Shown one piece after another: positions 25,676-33,483 of a stretch of DNA of 44,563 bases. The notes beneath the pieces are model-generated. The model was not told the origin of the DNA, did no database searches, and saw only the letters and a list, made by a program, of their open reading frames with translations. Source of the stretch: a virus; IMG/VR virus record IMGVR_UViG_3300044515_000031, positions 1 through 44,563 of that record; one strand, given 5' to 3'. Position 1 is the stretch's first letter; each line of letters opens with the position of its first letter. The position numbers were made by a program, and so were the translations under genes.

Positions 25676-27121
25676 GTGATGCCCTCTCTTCTCTCTAACT
25701 CCCTAATTTCGCCCTCAAATGTGCGACCACGCCGTAGCCGTGCGACCACGGAAACCGGATGCCATTCGATTCGTGTTGTCCGCAAGGTGAAGATCGCCGG
25801 CCGCTGGGTGTTTGCTACGGCTCCGATCGGAACAAGCGGCCGTCCGGAAGTCGGCTATGTGATCTATCGAGGCGAAAGAGTGAAGGTCGACGGAGGGACC
25901 TTTTACCTGGATAGCGGCAGCAAGCGAACGCGGAAGTCTGTCGCTTGCGGGACGGACCCCGAGGGTGTTTATCGCGCGATGAAGACCCAGGGGCATGTCC
26001 TCGCGCTGCGGCGCAGCGGCATGGACGTTGACGATGCGCCGGAGATCGTCGACAACCGGCGACGCAGCGAAAGCAGCCTCGGCGATGTTTACCAGGAGTT
26101 CAAGGACGCGCCGCCGGGCGGCTTCACCGTCAAGACCGTAAAGAAATACCGCAACGCGCTGTTGACGTTCAAGACTTGGAGCGCCGAGCGTGGCGTGACG
26201 TATGTGTCCGATGTAACGCCGAAACTGATCACGCGCTGGATCTCGCACCTGCAGCATGTTGAAGGCCTCGACGCGAGCACCGTCGTGCCGAAGGTGCGGA
26301 TCGTGATGGCGGAGCTGAAGGCGTACGGCGTCACCATCAAACTAGCCGATCGCGACCTGCCGACGATTGTGGAGCGTGAGCGCGAGATCTATATCGTCGA
26401 GCAGCTCGACCAACTACTGGCCGCGTGCGACCTGGACGAGTACGAGCTTGTCCAGACGTTCCTGCTTACCGGCATGCGCCGCAGGGAAGTGGCGTTTCTG
26501 AGCTATCCCGATATCGACCCGGTGAGCTGCACAGCGAAGGTCACCGCGAAGCGCCAAATGGGCTTCATCCCAAAGGCTTACCACGAGAGGATTATCCCAA
26601 TTCCGCGCTCGCTGGTGGATCTGTTGCAGGCGCGTGGAATCCGGCACGCGACCGACGGCGCCGGCCTGATCTATGGGACCTCGCGAAAGTGGCGCGGCCG
26701 CGGCGGCAAAGCCGATGGGAAACTGCTCGAAAAACTGAAGCAGATTGCCAGGCGGAGCGGGCTGAACTGTGGGCATTGCATCGGGACCTACGAAGGCCAG
26801 CCGGTGACGTGCGCGACGCATGCATGCTGCCGCCGATGGGGGCTGCACAAGTTTCGGCACACCTACGCCACCTCGATGCTGCGGGACAACGTCGATATCG
26901 TGACGCTGAGCAAATGGCTGGGACACAAAGACCTGGCCACTACGCGCATTTATCTTCGAGCTCTCGAAGCGGAGTGGGCACAGCCGCAGGTGGAGCGTTC
27001 GATGCTTGCGGTTCGATTCGGGCAGATGCCGGTACCGGCGGAGCGGGAGACAAAACCGCGAGCGCCGCGTCCGCCAAAAAGAGATAGTCATCCGCGGGCA
27101 GCGGCGGCAGACCTTCCTTAG
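25676..27121 (+). CDS. int: Tyrosine integrase
   Basis: 481 aa. AAGGAG lies 9 nt before GTG 25676 (ATG at 25679). Catalytic motifs are LLTGMRRREV (R), HKFRHTYAT (HxxR), WLGH and TTRIY (Y). Confidence 0.9.
   Translation: MMPSLLSNSLISPSNVRPRRSRATTETGCHSIRVVRKVKIAGRWVFATAPIGTSGRPEVGYVIYRGERVKVDGGTFYLDSGSKRTRKSVACGTDPEGVYRAMKTQGHVLALRRSGMDVDDAPEIVDNRRRSESSLGDVYQEFKDAPPGGFTVKTVKKYRNALLTFKTWSAERGVTYVSDVTPKLITRWISHLQHVEGLDASTVVPKVRIVMAELKAYGVTIKLADRDLPTIVEREREIYIVEQLDQLLAACDLDEYELVQTFLLTGMRRREVAFLSYPDIDPVSCTAKVTAKRQMGFIPKAYHERIIPIPRSLVDLLQARGIRHATDGAGLIYGTSRKWRGRGGKADGKLLEKLKQIARRSGLNCGHCIGTYEGQPVTCATHACCRRWGLHKFRHTYATSMLRDNVDIVTLSKWLGHKDLATTRIYLRALEAEWAQPQVERSMLAVRFGQMPVPAERETKPRAPRPPKRDSHPRAAAADLP
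25721..25749 (+). repeat. Two direct GTGCGACCAC repeats (putative arm-type sites, right arm, inside the int 5' end)
   Basis: GTGCGACCAC occurs at 25721-25730 and 25740-25749. Confidence 0.55.
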
Positions 27122-27773
27122 CCCAGGCCGCGCGGATCTCCGCGGAGATTGCGCTGGCTTCCTGGAGGCGCGCGGCGAATGTCCGTTGGTCGCCATCGGC
27201 GGCTGCTTTGCGTGCGGCGACCATCTTCGAGCAGTAGCGCGTCTCCAGGGCGATCGATTCCTTTTCGGCTGATGCGCTGCGCTGCTGCAGGGTCGGCACC
27301 GGGGGGTCGCAGTAACGGCGCTGAAACTCCTGGTCCTCGAGCACACTGAGGAGCTGAAACATCTTCGAGAGCAAATCCTGCGCGGTGCTGAAGAGGATGT
27401 TTACTTCGTTGCGAGAGAAGCGGATATCGGGGGTGAGCGATTCGTGATCGCCGGCGCGGAAGTCGCGCGGCACGAAGACCCGAAGTTTGCGGCGCCGCGG
27501 ACGGGGCGGGGAATGGCGGATCGCCTCGAGGTGGGAGCTGAGGTCCTCGGCGTCGATGCACTGGCCGATGAAGTCCAGCAGGTCCTCGCGCTCGACGACG
27601 GCCGAGTTCTGCTGCTCGAACCGCGGCATCAGCTGGACCAACTGCTTGGCCGCCGCCTTCTTTACCCGGAACAACTTCTCGATCTCGTCGCGGGTGTAGG
27701 GAGTGCGTGCCGACTCGCTCACTTGGCGGTGAATTTCGGCGAGACGTGGGTGCCAGGAAATGGATCGTGCCAT
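26940..27773 (-). CDS. Hypothetical protein convergent with int
   Basis: 277 aa with protein-like composition in the N-terminal ~200 aa. The last ~60 codons overlap the int 3' end on the opposite strand, so one of the two tails may be over-extended. Confidence 0.55.
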   Translation of the reverse strand: MARSISWHPRLAEIHRQVSESARTPYTRDEIEKLFRVKKAAAKQLVQLMPRFEQQNSAVVEREDLLDFIGQCIDAEDLSSHLEAIRHSPPRPRRRKLRVFVPRDFRAGDHESLTPDIRFSRNEVNILFSTAQDLLSKMFQLLSVLEDQEFQRRYCDPPVPTLQQRSASAEKESIALETRYCSKMVAARKAAADGDQRTFAARLQEASAISAEIRAAWAKEGLPPLPADDYLFLADAALAVLSPAPPVPASARIEPQASNAPPAAVPTPLRELEDKCA

Positions 27774-27835
27774 AGGTGCTCTGAAGGGCTAAGCGGCTGT
27801 GAGGTCGAGGTTTGGGATCACGGTGCAGGGAAGGG

Positions 27836-27861
27836 GATAAATAGCCGATCGGCCATTTATC
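27836..27861. promoter_or_regulatory. 26-bp near-perfect palindrome GATAAATAGCCGATCGGCCATTTATC upstream of the 27773 gene
   Basis: Read directly from the sequence, with one mismatched pair. It lies 63-88 nt upstream of the minus-strand start at 27773. Confidence 0.5.
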
Positions 27862-28086
27862 GTTTCTGGGGTCGAAAGAGGGGAGTGTTGATTATTGAGT
27901 TACATTTCCCATAACGATGATTATGGGAAGCGGTTTCTGGACGTTCTGAAACCCGCTTTTGACCTGGTCGACGCATCGTTCGATACCTCCGGAGCGGCCG
28001 TTTTCGACTGCTGGTTTGGGCTGCAAGTTGTTGCGCGTTGCAGGCCTGGGAGAGCTAACCCGAAACGTCGCGCGGATGACCTACGC

Positions 28087-28683
28087 TCACTCGGCCATGA
28101 TCGTGCGATAGAACCTGTCGACCTTCGCCACGCTTTTTGCAGCCATGCGCTTCTTACCGAACTGAATGCTGTTTCCCACCCCGAGGCGGTGTGCCAGCTC
28201 ACATTTGGTAAAGCCCTCTCTGAGCAGCTCCCTGATTTGTTTCCATGCGGGGCTGGCGTCGATATAGGCGCCGTCGCGTGCGGCCTGCGCCGTAACGTCG
28301 AGGATCTTCCGTGAGGTCCGCGCTCGAATTCGCATCCTCCTGCCGCTTTTGATTTCGACGATGATGGTCTCGGCCACGTCGCTGGCTTCCGCTATGGACC
28401 GTCTTCCGACGCCCGCACTCGATAACGCAAGGATGTGCATCCTGGCACTTTCTGCCGAAACGACGCCATTCCAATCCCCGGCCTTCCGAGCGGCCGCACG
28501 CCCAACTTCGTAGGAAGAATTCGCAGCTCGACACTGCAGGCATTTGCAGCCGCCGATATAGCGCATCCGCGTTCCGTGAGGCTTGCTCTGTCCTAGCCGT
28601 TCTGCGTTCTCGGCCAGGTAGTCGGTCCTTATAGCAGCGCGCAGTCTCGAGTCATCTCTGCGATTTACTTCTGAGATATTCAT
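28087..28683 (-). CDS. DNA-binding protein with an HGT..Y..GC.C..C motif and two HTH-like segments
   Basis: 198 aa. Motifs are HGTRMRYIGGCKCLQCRAANSSY, GVGRRSIAEASDVAETII and GFTKCELAHRLGVGNSIQ. The start overlaps the upstream recombinase stop. Confidence 0.7.
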   Translation of the reverse strand: MNISEVNRRDDSRLRAAIRTDYLAENAERLGQSKPHGTRMRYIGGCKCLQCRAANSSYEVGRAAARKAGDWNGVVSAESARMHILALSSAGVGRRSIAEASDVAETIIVEIKSGRRMRIRARTSRKILDVTAQAARDGAYIDASPAWKQIRELLREGFTKCELAHRLGVGNSIQFGKKRMAAKSVAKVDRFYRTIMAE

Positions 28684-29597
28684 GCTCTGCCTCTCTGTCC
28701 TCGTGGGTGGAATTTTGCGTGGGCGTCCTGCAGGTGCCCGGCCGAAACTTTGGTGTAGATCTGCGTCGTCGCGATCGAGGCGTGGCCGAGCAGCTCCTGG
28801 ATGGCGCGGAGGTCGGCGCCGTTCGACAGCATGTGCGTCGCGCAGCTGTGGCGTAGGCGGTGCGGGTACATATTCTCTTCCCCGCCCAGGGCGGAGATGA
28901 TCTGGTGGACGCGCCGGCGCGTGAGTTGACCGCCATGGTTACTGAGTACCAGGGCGCGCTGTTTGCCTCGGCCCAGCTTCAGCAGCTGCGGCCGCGCGTA
29001 GCGCATGTAGTTATCGAGCGCCATGACGGCCGAGTCGCCCAGTGGGACGATGCGTTCCTTGTCGCCCTTCCCTCTTACGCGCGCACTGCCGACCGAGACG
29101 TCGCCCTCGCGCAGGCCGCAGAGCTCGCTGACGCGGATGCCGCCGCCATAGAGCAGCTCGAGGATGGCGTAGTCGCGGATCGCCAGCGTGCCGGCGCCCT
29201 CCATCGACGCGGCCGAGGCGCTGAGCTGGATGATCTCGCGGAGTTGGTCTTCTTCGACCGGGCGAGGCAAACGTTTGGGTAGTTTCGGTGTTACAGCCAA
29301 ACGTGTGGGGTCGACGCTGAGGCGCTCGGCACGAATAAGCCAGCCATAGAACCGGCGCATCGCGGAGAGTTTGCGGGCGCGCGACTGCGGCTTGATGTCG
29401 TGCTTGGCGAGATGCAGGATGAAGTGGGCCACGTCTTCCTTCGTCGCGGTGAACAAAATGGAGTCGCGCTTTTCGAGGATCTCGGCGAACTGAAACAGAT
29501 CCGTCGAGTAGGCGCCGACGGTGTTGGTGCTGAGGCCGCGCTCGATGCGGAGATGGATGGCGTATTCCTGGACCAGCTCGACGTTGCCGTTGGCCAT
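28680..29597 (-). CDS. Tyrosine recombinase, XerC/XerD-like
   Basis: 305 aa. The N-terminus YAIHLRIERGLSTNTVGAYSTDLFQF resembles the XerD core-binding domain. Catalytic motifs are GGIRVSEL (R), HRLRHSCATH (HxxR), LLGH and TQIY (Y). Confidence 0.9.
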   Translation of the reverse strand: MANGNVELVQEYAIHLRIERGLSTNTVGAYSTDLFQFAEILEKRDSILFTATKEDVAHFILHLAKHDIKPQSRARKLSAMRRFYGWLIRAERLSVDPTRLAVTPKLPKRLPRPVEEDQLREIIQLSASAASMEGAGTLAIRDYAILELLYGGGIRVSELCGLREGDVSVGSARVRGKGDKERIVPLGDSAVMALDNYMRYARPQLLKLGRGKQRALVLSNHGGQLTRRRVHQIISALGGEENMYPHRLRHSCATHMLSNGADLRAIQELLGHASIATTQIYTKVSAGHLQDAHAKFHPRGQRGRA

Positions 29598-29602
29598 GCG
29601 AT

Positions 29603-29920
29603 CTACTTCATGGCTCGGCGTGCGGAGCTCGCCAGGTGGGGATTGCTGTGGGCGAGCTGGTCATACCAGGCCTTGGGGTCAATGGTGATGACGTCCCAGC
29701 CTAGGTCGGCGGGTGGAATTTTGCCCAGCTTGATCTGTTTGTAGATCGTCTTGACGCTGCAACCGAGGATCTCGGCCGCGTCTTGCACCGAGAGGCATCG
29801 CCTGGTGCGCTTAAGTGTGGCCAGCAACGAGAACGGCTCGCCCGGGATCGGTTCCGGCAGGCCGCTCCTGGATGAGGGACGGCCAGGAGTGCGGCTCTGA
29901 ACGTGGCGGGACTTTACCAT
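29603..29920 (-). CDS. Excisionase-family / MerR-like HTH protein
   Basis: 105 aa. LSVQDAAEILGCSVKTIYKQIKLGKIPP is a typical excisionase-type HTH. It ends 5 nt before the recombinase start. Confidence 0.75.
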   Translation of the reverse strand: MVKSRHVQSRTPGRPSSRSGLPEPIPGEPFSLLATLKRTRRCLSVQDAAEILGCSVKTIYKQIKLGKIPPADLGWDVITIDPKAWYDQLAHSNPHLASSARRAMK

Positions 29921-30075
29921 GCCGAAACCGCCTGTATGTGGGAGTGCCTGCAGTCCTTGTCACACGCCCATTCGCCAGGGCCAAAGTGCAGCATCAAGCC
30001 TTTGAGCCTGACCATTCCGCAGTTGTCGCATTTGCGGAGTGGGCTGCTCATCAGCCACGCGATGAGGTTGTACAT
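29914..30075 (-). CDS. Small CxxC...CxxxC zinc-ribbon-like protein (53 aa; below the ORF-track cutoff)
   Basis: My own translation is MYNLIAWLMSSPLRKCDNCGMVRLKGLMLHFGPGEWACDKDCRHSHIQAVSAW. The stop overlaps the next start (ATGGTAA). A purine-rich GAGAGG lies upstream. Confidence 0.4.
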   Translation of the reverse strand: MYNLIAWLMSSPLRKCDNCGMVRLKGLMLHFGPGEWACDKDCRHSHIQAVSAW

Positions 30076-30173
30076 CAGGCCGCCTCTCGGGTGTACGCGC
30101 CGCTCGTGTAAGCTTGGCGGCTATGAGAAATCTCTGTGTTCTGCTCATACGCGCCGCCGCGCGTGTTTCCTAG

Positions 30174-30866
30174 ATGGCGCGGCGTGGGTTCCTGAACGTT
30201 CTGATTTACCAGCTCGTGCGCGCGCTGATGGGGCGAAAGCGAAAGCCACACTTTGTCCCGAAGTGGACGGCGAAGTTGCAGCCGTGGCAGCTTGATAAGC
30301 CTTTGCGGAAAAGCAAGCCGCGAAGCCAGGAAGAGTTTGTCAGAGATATGCAAGCTCTGGCCGCGGAGACGGGCGATACATCCCTCCAGGTTATGGTGCC
30401 ATCTGGAAGACGAACCAAACCCAATAACCTGGAGTTTTTCCCTCTCAACTCGCCAACGCAATTGAAGAGTGCAACTCCATTTGTGAGCGCAAATGTTCGC
30501 ATCGACCACGTTCAGTACGGGTTTCATGCTTACGTGCATCCCAGGTCGCACCGCGATTCCACATACTGGCTCTATTACGTCGTCAGCGGCCCGGACAACG
30601 TGGACGGCAGCCAAGGCGAACATCAAATCACCGACGAGTTCAGATGGACTGGTGAACGCGCCTGGAACCCTTTGTTGGTGAAAACTGCGTTGCGGCAATG
30701 GGTGACTAGACCCGAGGTGGTTGCGGCCATTGCGCTCGCGAAAACCAATCTCCCGGAGGGTCCCGCGATTCCTCGGAAGCCCGCTCTCGATGCCGAGGAC
30801 TATGAGGCGAAGATGGTGAAATACAACCAGCAGTGCGAAGCCTTTTCTCGTTGGCCGGAGAAGTAG
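30174..30866 (+). CDS. Hypothetical protein (lower-GC segment)
   Basis: 230 aa. Its composition is more protein-like than the overlapping minus-strand ORF 30075..30872. Confidence 0.5.
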   Translation: MARRGFLNVLIYQLVRALMGRKRKPHFVPKWTAKLQPWQLDKPLRKSKPRSQEEFVRDMQALAAETGDTSLQVMVPSGRRTKPNNLEFFPLNSPTQLKSATPFVSANVRIDHVQYGFHAYVHPRSHRDSTYWLYYVVSGPDNVDGSQGEHQITDEFRWTGERAWNPLLVKTALRQWVTRPEVVAAIALAKTNLPEGPAIPRKPALDAEDYEAKMVKYNQQCEAFSRWPEK

Positions 30867-30874
30867 AGCCATGG

Positions 30875-31132
30875 CTAGCTCGCTCTCCTTAGCTGTGCCG
30901 CCGAGCCTGAAGACTTCTTTTCAGGCGTCAGATAATCTTCGGGAAAAAGAATCTGATCGCGCGTTACGGCGTTGCCAAAATACTTCGCGATCTGATTGGC
31001 AACATGTGGACTGGGCACCGTTTCTCCAATCTCCACGCGCCGATAGTGACTAGGATTGATTCCGAGGGCGACAGCAACCTCACGTGAGGTTAAGCGCCGG
31101 TCCTCGCGATATGTCTTCAATGGTGTATTCAT
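30875..31132 (-). CDS. XRE-family HTH regulator (leftward; CI-like candidate)
   Basis: The ORF is open to 31180. The likely start is ATG 31132, with GGAAGAGGG upstream. RRLTSREVAVALGINPSHYRRVEIGE is a classic XRE HTH. Confidence 0.75.
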   Translation of the reverse strand: MNTPLKTYREDRRLTSREVAVALGINPSHYRRVEIGETVPSPHVANQIAKYFGNAVTRDQILFPEDYLTPEKKSSGSAAQLRRAS

Positions 31133-31229
31133 CAGAACCCTCTTCCTATGGTTTATCGCACCATAAGAATGGTGTGTCAAGCCCTAAAACATGTGTGGTG
31201 TAACACACCATTGATTGACAAAATGAGGC
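31133..31229. promoter_or_regulatory. Divergent switch region with operator palindromes and a leftward promoter candidate
   Basis: CACCATAAGAATGGTG lies at 31159-31174 and TGGTGTAACACACCA at 31196-31210. There is also a 10-bp inverted pair, AATGGTGTGT 31168-31177 with ACACACCATT 31203-31212. On the minus strand, TTGACA (31180-31175) is followed by a 17-nt spacer holding the first palindrome, then GATAAA (31157-31152). Confidence 0.6.
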
Positions 31230-31619
31230 ATGGACATCGTCGGTGGGAATATCCGAAAGATCAGGAAGGCCCGCGGACTGCTCCAGAAGCAGCTGGCAGA
31301 CCTCGCCAAGATGGACCCTAGTAATTTGTCCAAGCTCGAGCGCGGCGACTACACCTGGACGAAGGAGAACCTCGAACGGATCGCCAACGCTTTAGGCGTG
31401 ACCATCGGCGAGTTGTTCGAACCAAGTGATGGTCGCGCGGTTTCGCCATCAGCGTCCGTCGCCGACCAGGCTGTTACGCTGGGCTCGATTGATGCACGCT
31501 TGGCCGAGTTGACGCGTATGGTGCGCGATGGTTTCGCCCGCACTGCGCCGACGGAGATCGACAAAGTTATTCTGCGAGAAGTCCCCAAAAACGAGCGTGC
31601 CGTGCCGCGGCGAGTCTGA
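31230..31619 (+). CDS. XRE-family HTH regulator (rightward; Cro-like or early regulator candidate)
   Basis: 129 aa. RKARGLLQKQLADLAKMDPSNLSKLERGD is a classic XRE HTH. Confidence 0.8.
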   Translation: MDIVGGNIRKIRKARGLLQKQLADLAKMDPSNLSKLERGDYTWTKENLERIANALGVTIGELFEPSDGRAVSPSASVADQAVTLGSIDARLAELTRMVRDGFARTAPTEIDKVILREVPKNERAVPRRV

Positions 31620-31778
31620 GATAGACGCATGCTTCCATAAATTAGACCCAACAGAAGTCCGCGAATAATTTTGCGGGTGCCATGTTGTGCGCACCAGATG
31701 GCTTGACAAACCATATTGAAGGTGTAATAAACCTTCTAGCGGTAGATCGCCATTTCTTGTGCAATTGGGGCATTGAGT

Positions 31779-32021
31779 ATGTCGAGCCGAATGCCAGTTA
31801 CGTCCCTCGCCGCGCCAGGATGGCTAACGACGGCGCGGCGTCTCTACCGCTTCATGGACCGTCCGATCGGCTGTTTGAGCTACAAAGCGAAGTTTTGTCT
31901 GGTGTTTTACACGGTCCTGCTGTTGATCGTGCTGTGGGCGGTGTCGTTATGCGATGCCAATTTGCCGGATTCCGGCGCGCTGAACGATTGTCGCGTGGGG
32001 GATCTCCTACTTGAGCGTTAA
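31779..32021 (+). CDS. Small membrane protein (hypothetical)
   Basis: The ORF is open from TTG 31773, with ATG at 31779. It has one strong TM helix, FCLVFYTVLLLIVLWAVSL. Third-position GC is higher than in the competing frame 31682..32014. Confidence 0.35.
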   Translation: MSSRMPVTSLAAPGWLTTARRLYRFMDRPIGCLSYKAKFCLVFYTVLLLIVLWAVSLCDANLPDSGALNDCRVGDLLLER

Positions 32022-33483
32022 GGTGGCAGCAGCAGTACTGGAACGGGGCCCGGAAAATTCCGGCGAACGATTTACTCTCTTCGTCCTGGCTTTCCAGGCA
32101 GACGACCTCGGCTTCTATGCCGAGGAAATAAAGATTCTTCAAAAAGACCTGTCGTGCTCGAAGGAGACGATCCTTCGACATCTGGCCAGCCTAGAGAAGC
32201 AGGGCTGGCTGCGGATCGAGCGGCGCGTTCTCGGCGGGCGAAGCAGCGTGTACTTCGTGAACCTGGAGAAGCTCGGCGTCCGGGTCGGGGAGAAGCCGTA
32301 CAAGCACAAGCTCTGGGCGGATATGGAGCGCATGCGCTCGGCGCTGGACCGAGGTAACAAATTGTCACGTCAGAACGGCACCCTGAAATTCGAGCAATTC
32401 GCGGAATCCGGGGAGGTTGAGGCCAGTGGCGACCTCTTCGAAGAGGAAATCTCAGGTGACAATTTGCCACCTGACAATGAGCAAGAATCTGCTCCTGAAG
32501 AGGGCGAAACAGACGATTCCGAGGAGTTTGAGGCCCAAACCGCCCAAAATGAGGGTGAAACGGTCTACCGGAAGGAACAGGAGCCTCCGGAGGAAGAAAT
32601 CTCAGGTGGCAAATTGCCACCTGTCAGGTACGGAAATAGTCACCTGTCAGGTGGCAATTTACCGGACCCCTTTAATACAAGTCGTAAGAGTCGTACTTTC
32701 GTAGAAACAACTACCCCCCTACCCCCCGTCCCGGGGGATGGCGGCGATGAGTTGATTTTGCCGAAGGACGATCTTCGCGTCGGCGATGCCGAGTTCCCTC
32801 TCGCGATCGGCGTGGCCGCTCGCTGGGTGATGCAAAAACGCGGCTTGTCAAAGCGGCGGCTGCAGGACACCATCGCCGAGCAGCTCGCGCTGTTCTGCCG
32901 GCAGGAAGATAAAAACCTGCAGGAGGCCGCGCAGATCGCGGCGGCGAACCATGAGAAATACACGGCCGACGTTCCCCTGCTCCGCTTCGGGCCGTGGAGT
33001 CCAGCGAATTTTTACGGCGAGGGCCACTGGCGGAATCCGTCGGCGTGGCCATACGACCAGGCCAAGGTCCGCGCCTCGTCCGAGGCTGCGATCGGGATGC
33101 AGAAGCTCGCCGCCAGCGAAACCGACGCCGAGTACCGAGTTCGCGTCGCCGAGTTCATCGACGGGAATGCCGATCGTCTGGCGGAGATCGGCGGCTTCGA
33201 CGGTGTCGTCGCGAAGCTGCGAGCCCTGCCGCAGGAGATGGACCTCGGCGCCCTCGACATCGAGCTCGACGACATCGAGAGCGAAATGATCAAGGCGGCG
33301 TGGGGTAGCTCGGAACCCGCAGTGCTCGCCACGCGGCAAGTCGTCGAAGCGGAGATATCCGTCGAGAAGGGATATCCGAAGGATTCGATCAACCGGCTCC
33401 GGCTCCAGGTCCTCTCCGGTCGCCTGTTCGGCAAACACGAGTTTCCGCGGCTCACGCTGCGCTGCATTCCGCGGAGAACCTGA
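32011..33483 (+). CDS. Replication initiator (N-terminal winged-helix, lambda O-like organisation with internal origin)
   Basis: 490 aa. The start is ambiguous (TTG 32011 or GTG 32023). The N-terminus FTLFVLAFQADDLGFYAEEIKILQKDLSCSKETILRHLASLEKQGWL is an HTH_36/DnaD-like wHTH. Iterons lie in the acidic linker. Confidence 0.75.
   Translation: MSVKVAAAVLERGPENSGERFTLFVLAFQADDLGFYAEEIKILQKDLSCSKETILRHLASLEKQGWLRIERRVLGGRSSVYFVNLEKLGVRVGEKPYKHKLWADMERMRSALDRGNKLSRQNGTLKFEQFAESGEVEASGDLFEEEISGDNLPPDNEQESAPEEGETDDSEEFEAQTAQNEGETVYRKEQEPPEEEISGGKLPPVRYGNSHLSGGNLPDPFNTSRKSRTFVETTTPLPPVPGDGGDELILPKDDLRVGDAEFPLAIGVAARWVMQKRGLSKRRLQDTIAEQLALFCRQEDKNLQEAAQIAAANHEKYTADVPLLRFGPWSPANFYGEGHWRNPSAWPYDQAKVRASSEAAIGMQKLAASETDAEYRVRVAEFIDGNADRLAEIGGFDGVVAKLRALPQEMDLGALDIELDDIESEMIKAAWGSSEPAVLATRQVVEAEISVEKGYPKDSINRLRLQVLSGRLFGKHEFPRLTLRCIPRRT
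32447..32668. repeat. Origin-like iterons inside the rep gene (half-site CAGGTGGCAA / TTGCCACCTG)
   Basis: There is an imperfect palindrome at 32453-32473, a perfect 21-bp palindrome CAGGTGGCAAATTGCCACCTG at 32603-32623, and a third half-site at 32648-32657. CACCTGTCAGGT is repeated at 32618 and 32641. A relatively AT-rich stretch follows at 32666-32715. Confidence 0.7.

Noticed and set aside
27895-28314. 139-aa plus-strand ORF in the gap upstream of the 27773 gene
   Set aside because: Its second half overlaps the well-supported minus-strand gene 28087..28683. It has a TTG start without an SD. A short real gene in 27895-28086 cannot be excluded.
30094-30157. 10-nt direct repeat TACGCGCCGC (30094 and 30148) in the divergent region
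   Set aside because: An exact 10-mer repeat is expected many times by chance in 44 kb of GC-rich DNA, and it has no symmetry.
30075-30872. 265-aa minus-strand ORF
   Set aside because: It overlaps 30174..30866 completely. Its sequence is R/L/H-rich and less protein-like than the plus-strand frame. This remains uncertain.
31682-32014. 110-aa ORF competing with the small membrane-protein frame
   Set aside because: Third-position GC drops in its second half and it has no motifs. The 31779 frame, with a clear TM helix, is preferred, though both are low confidence.
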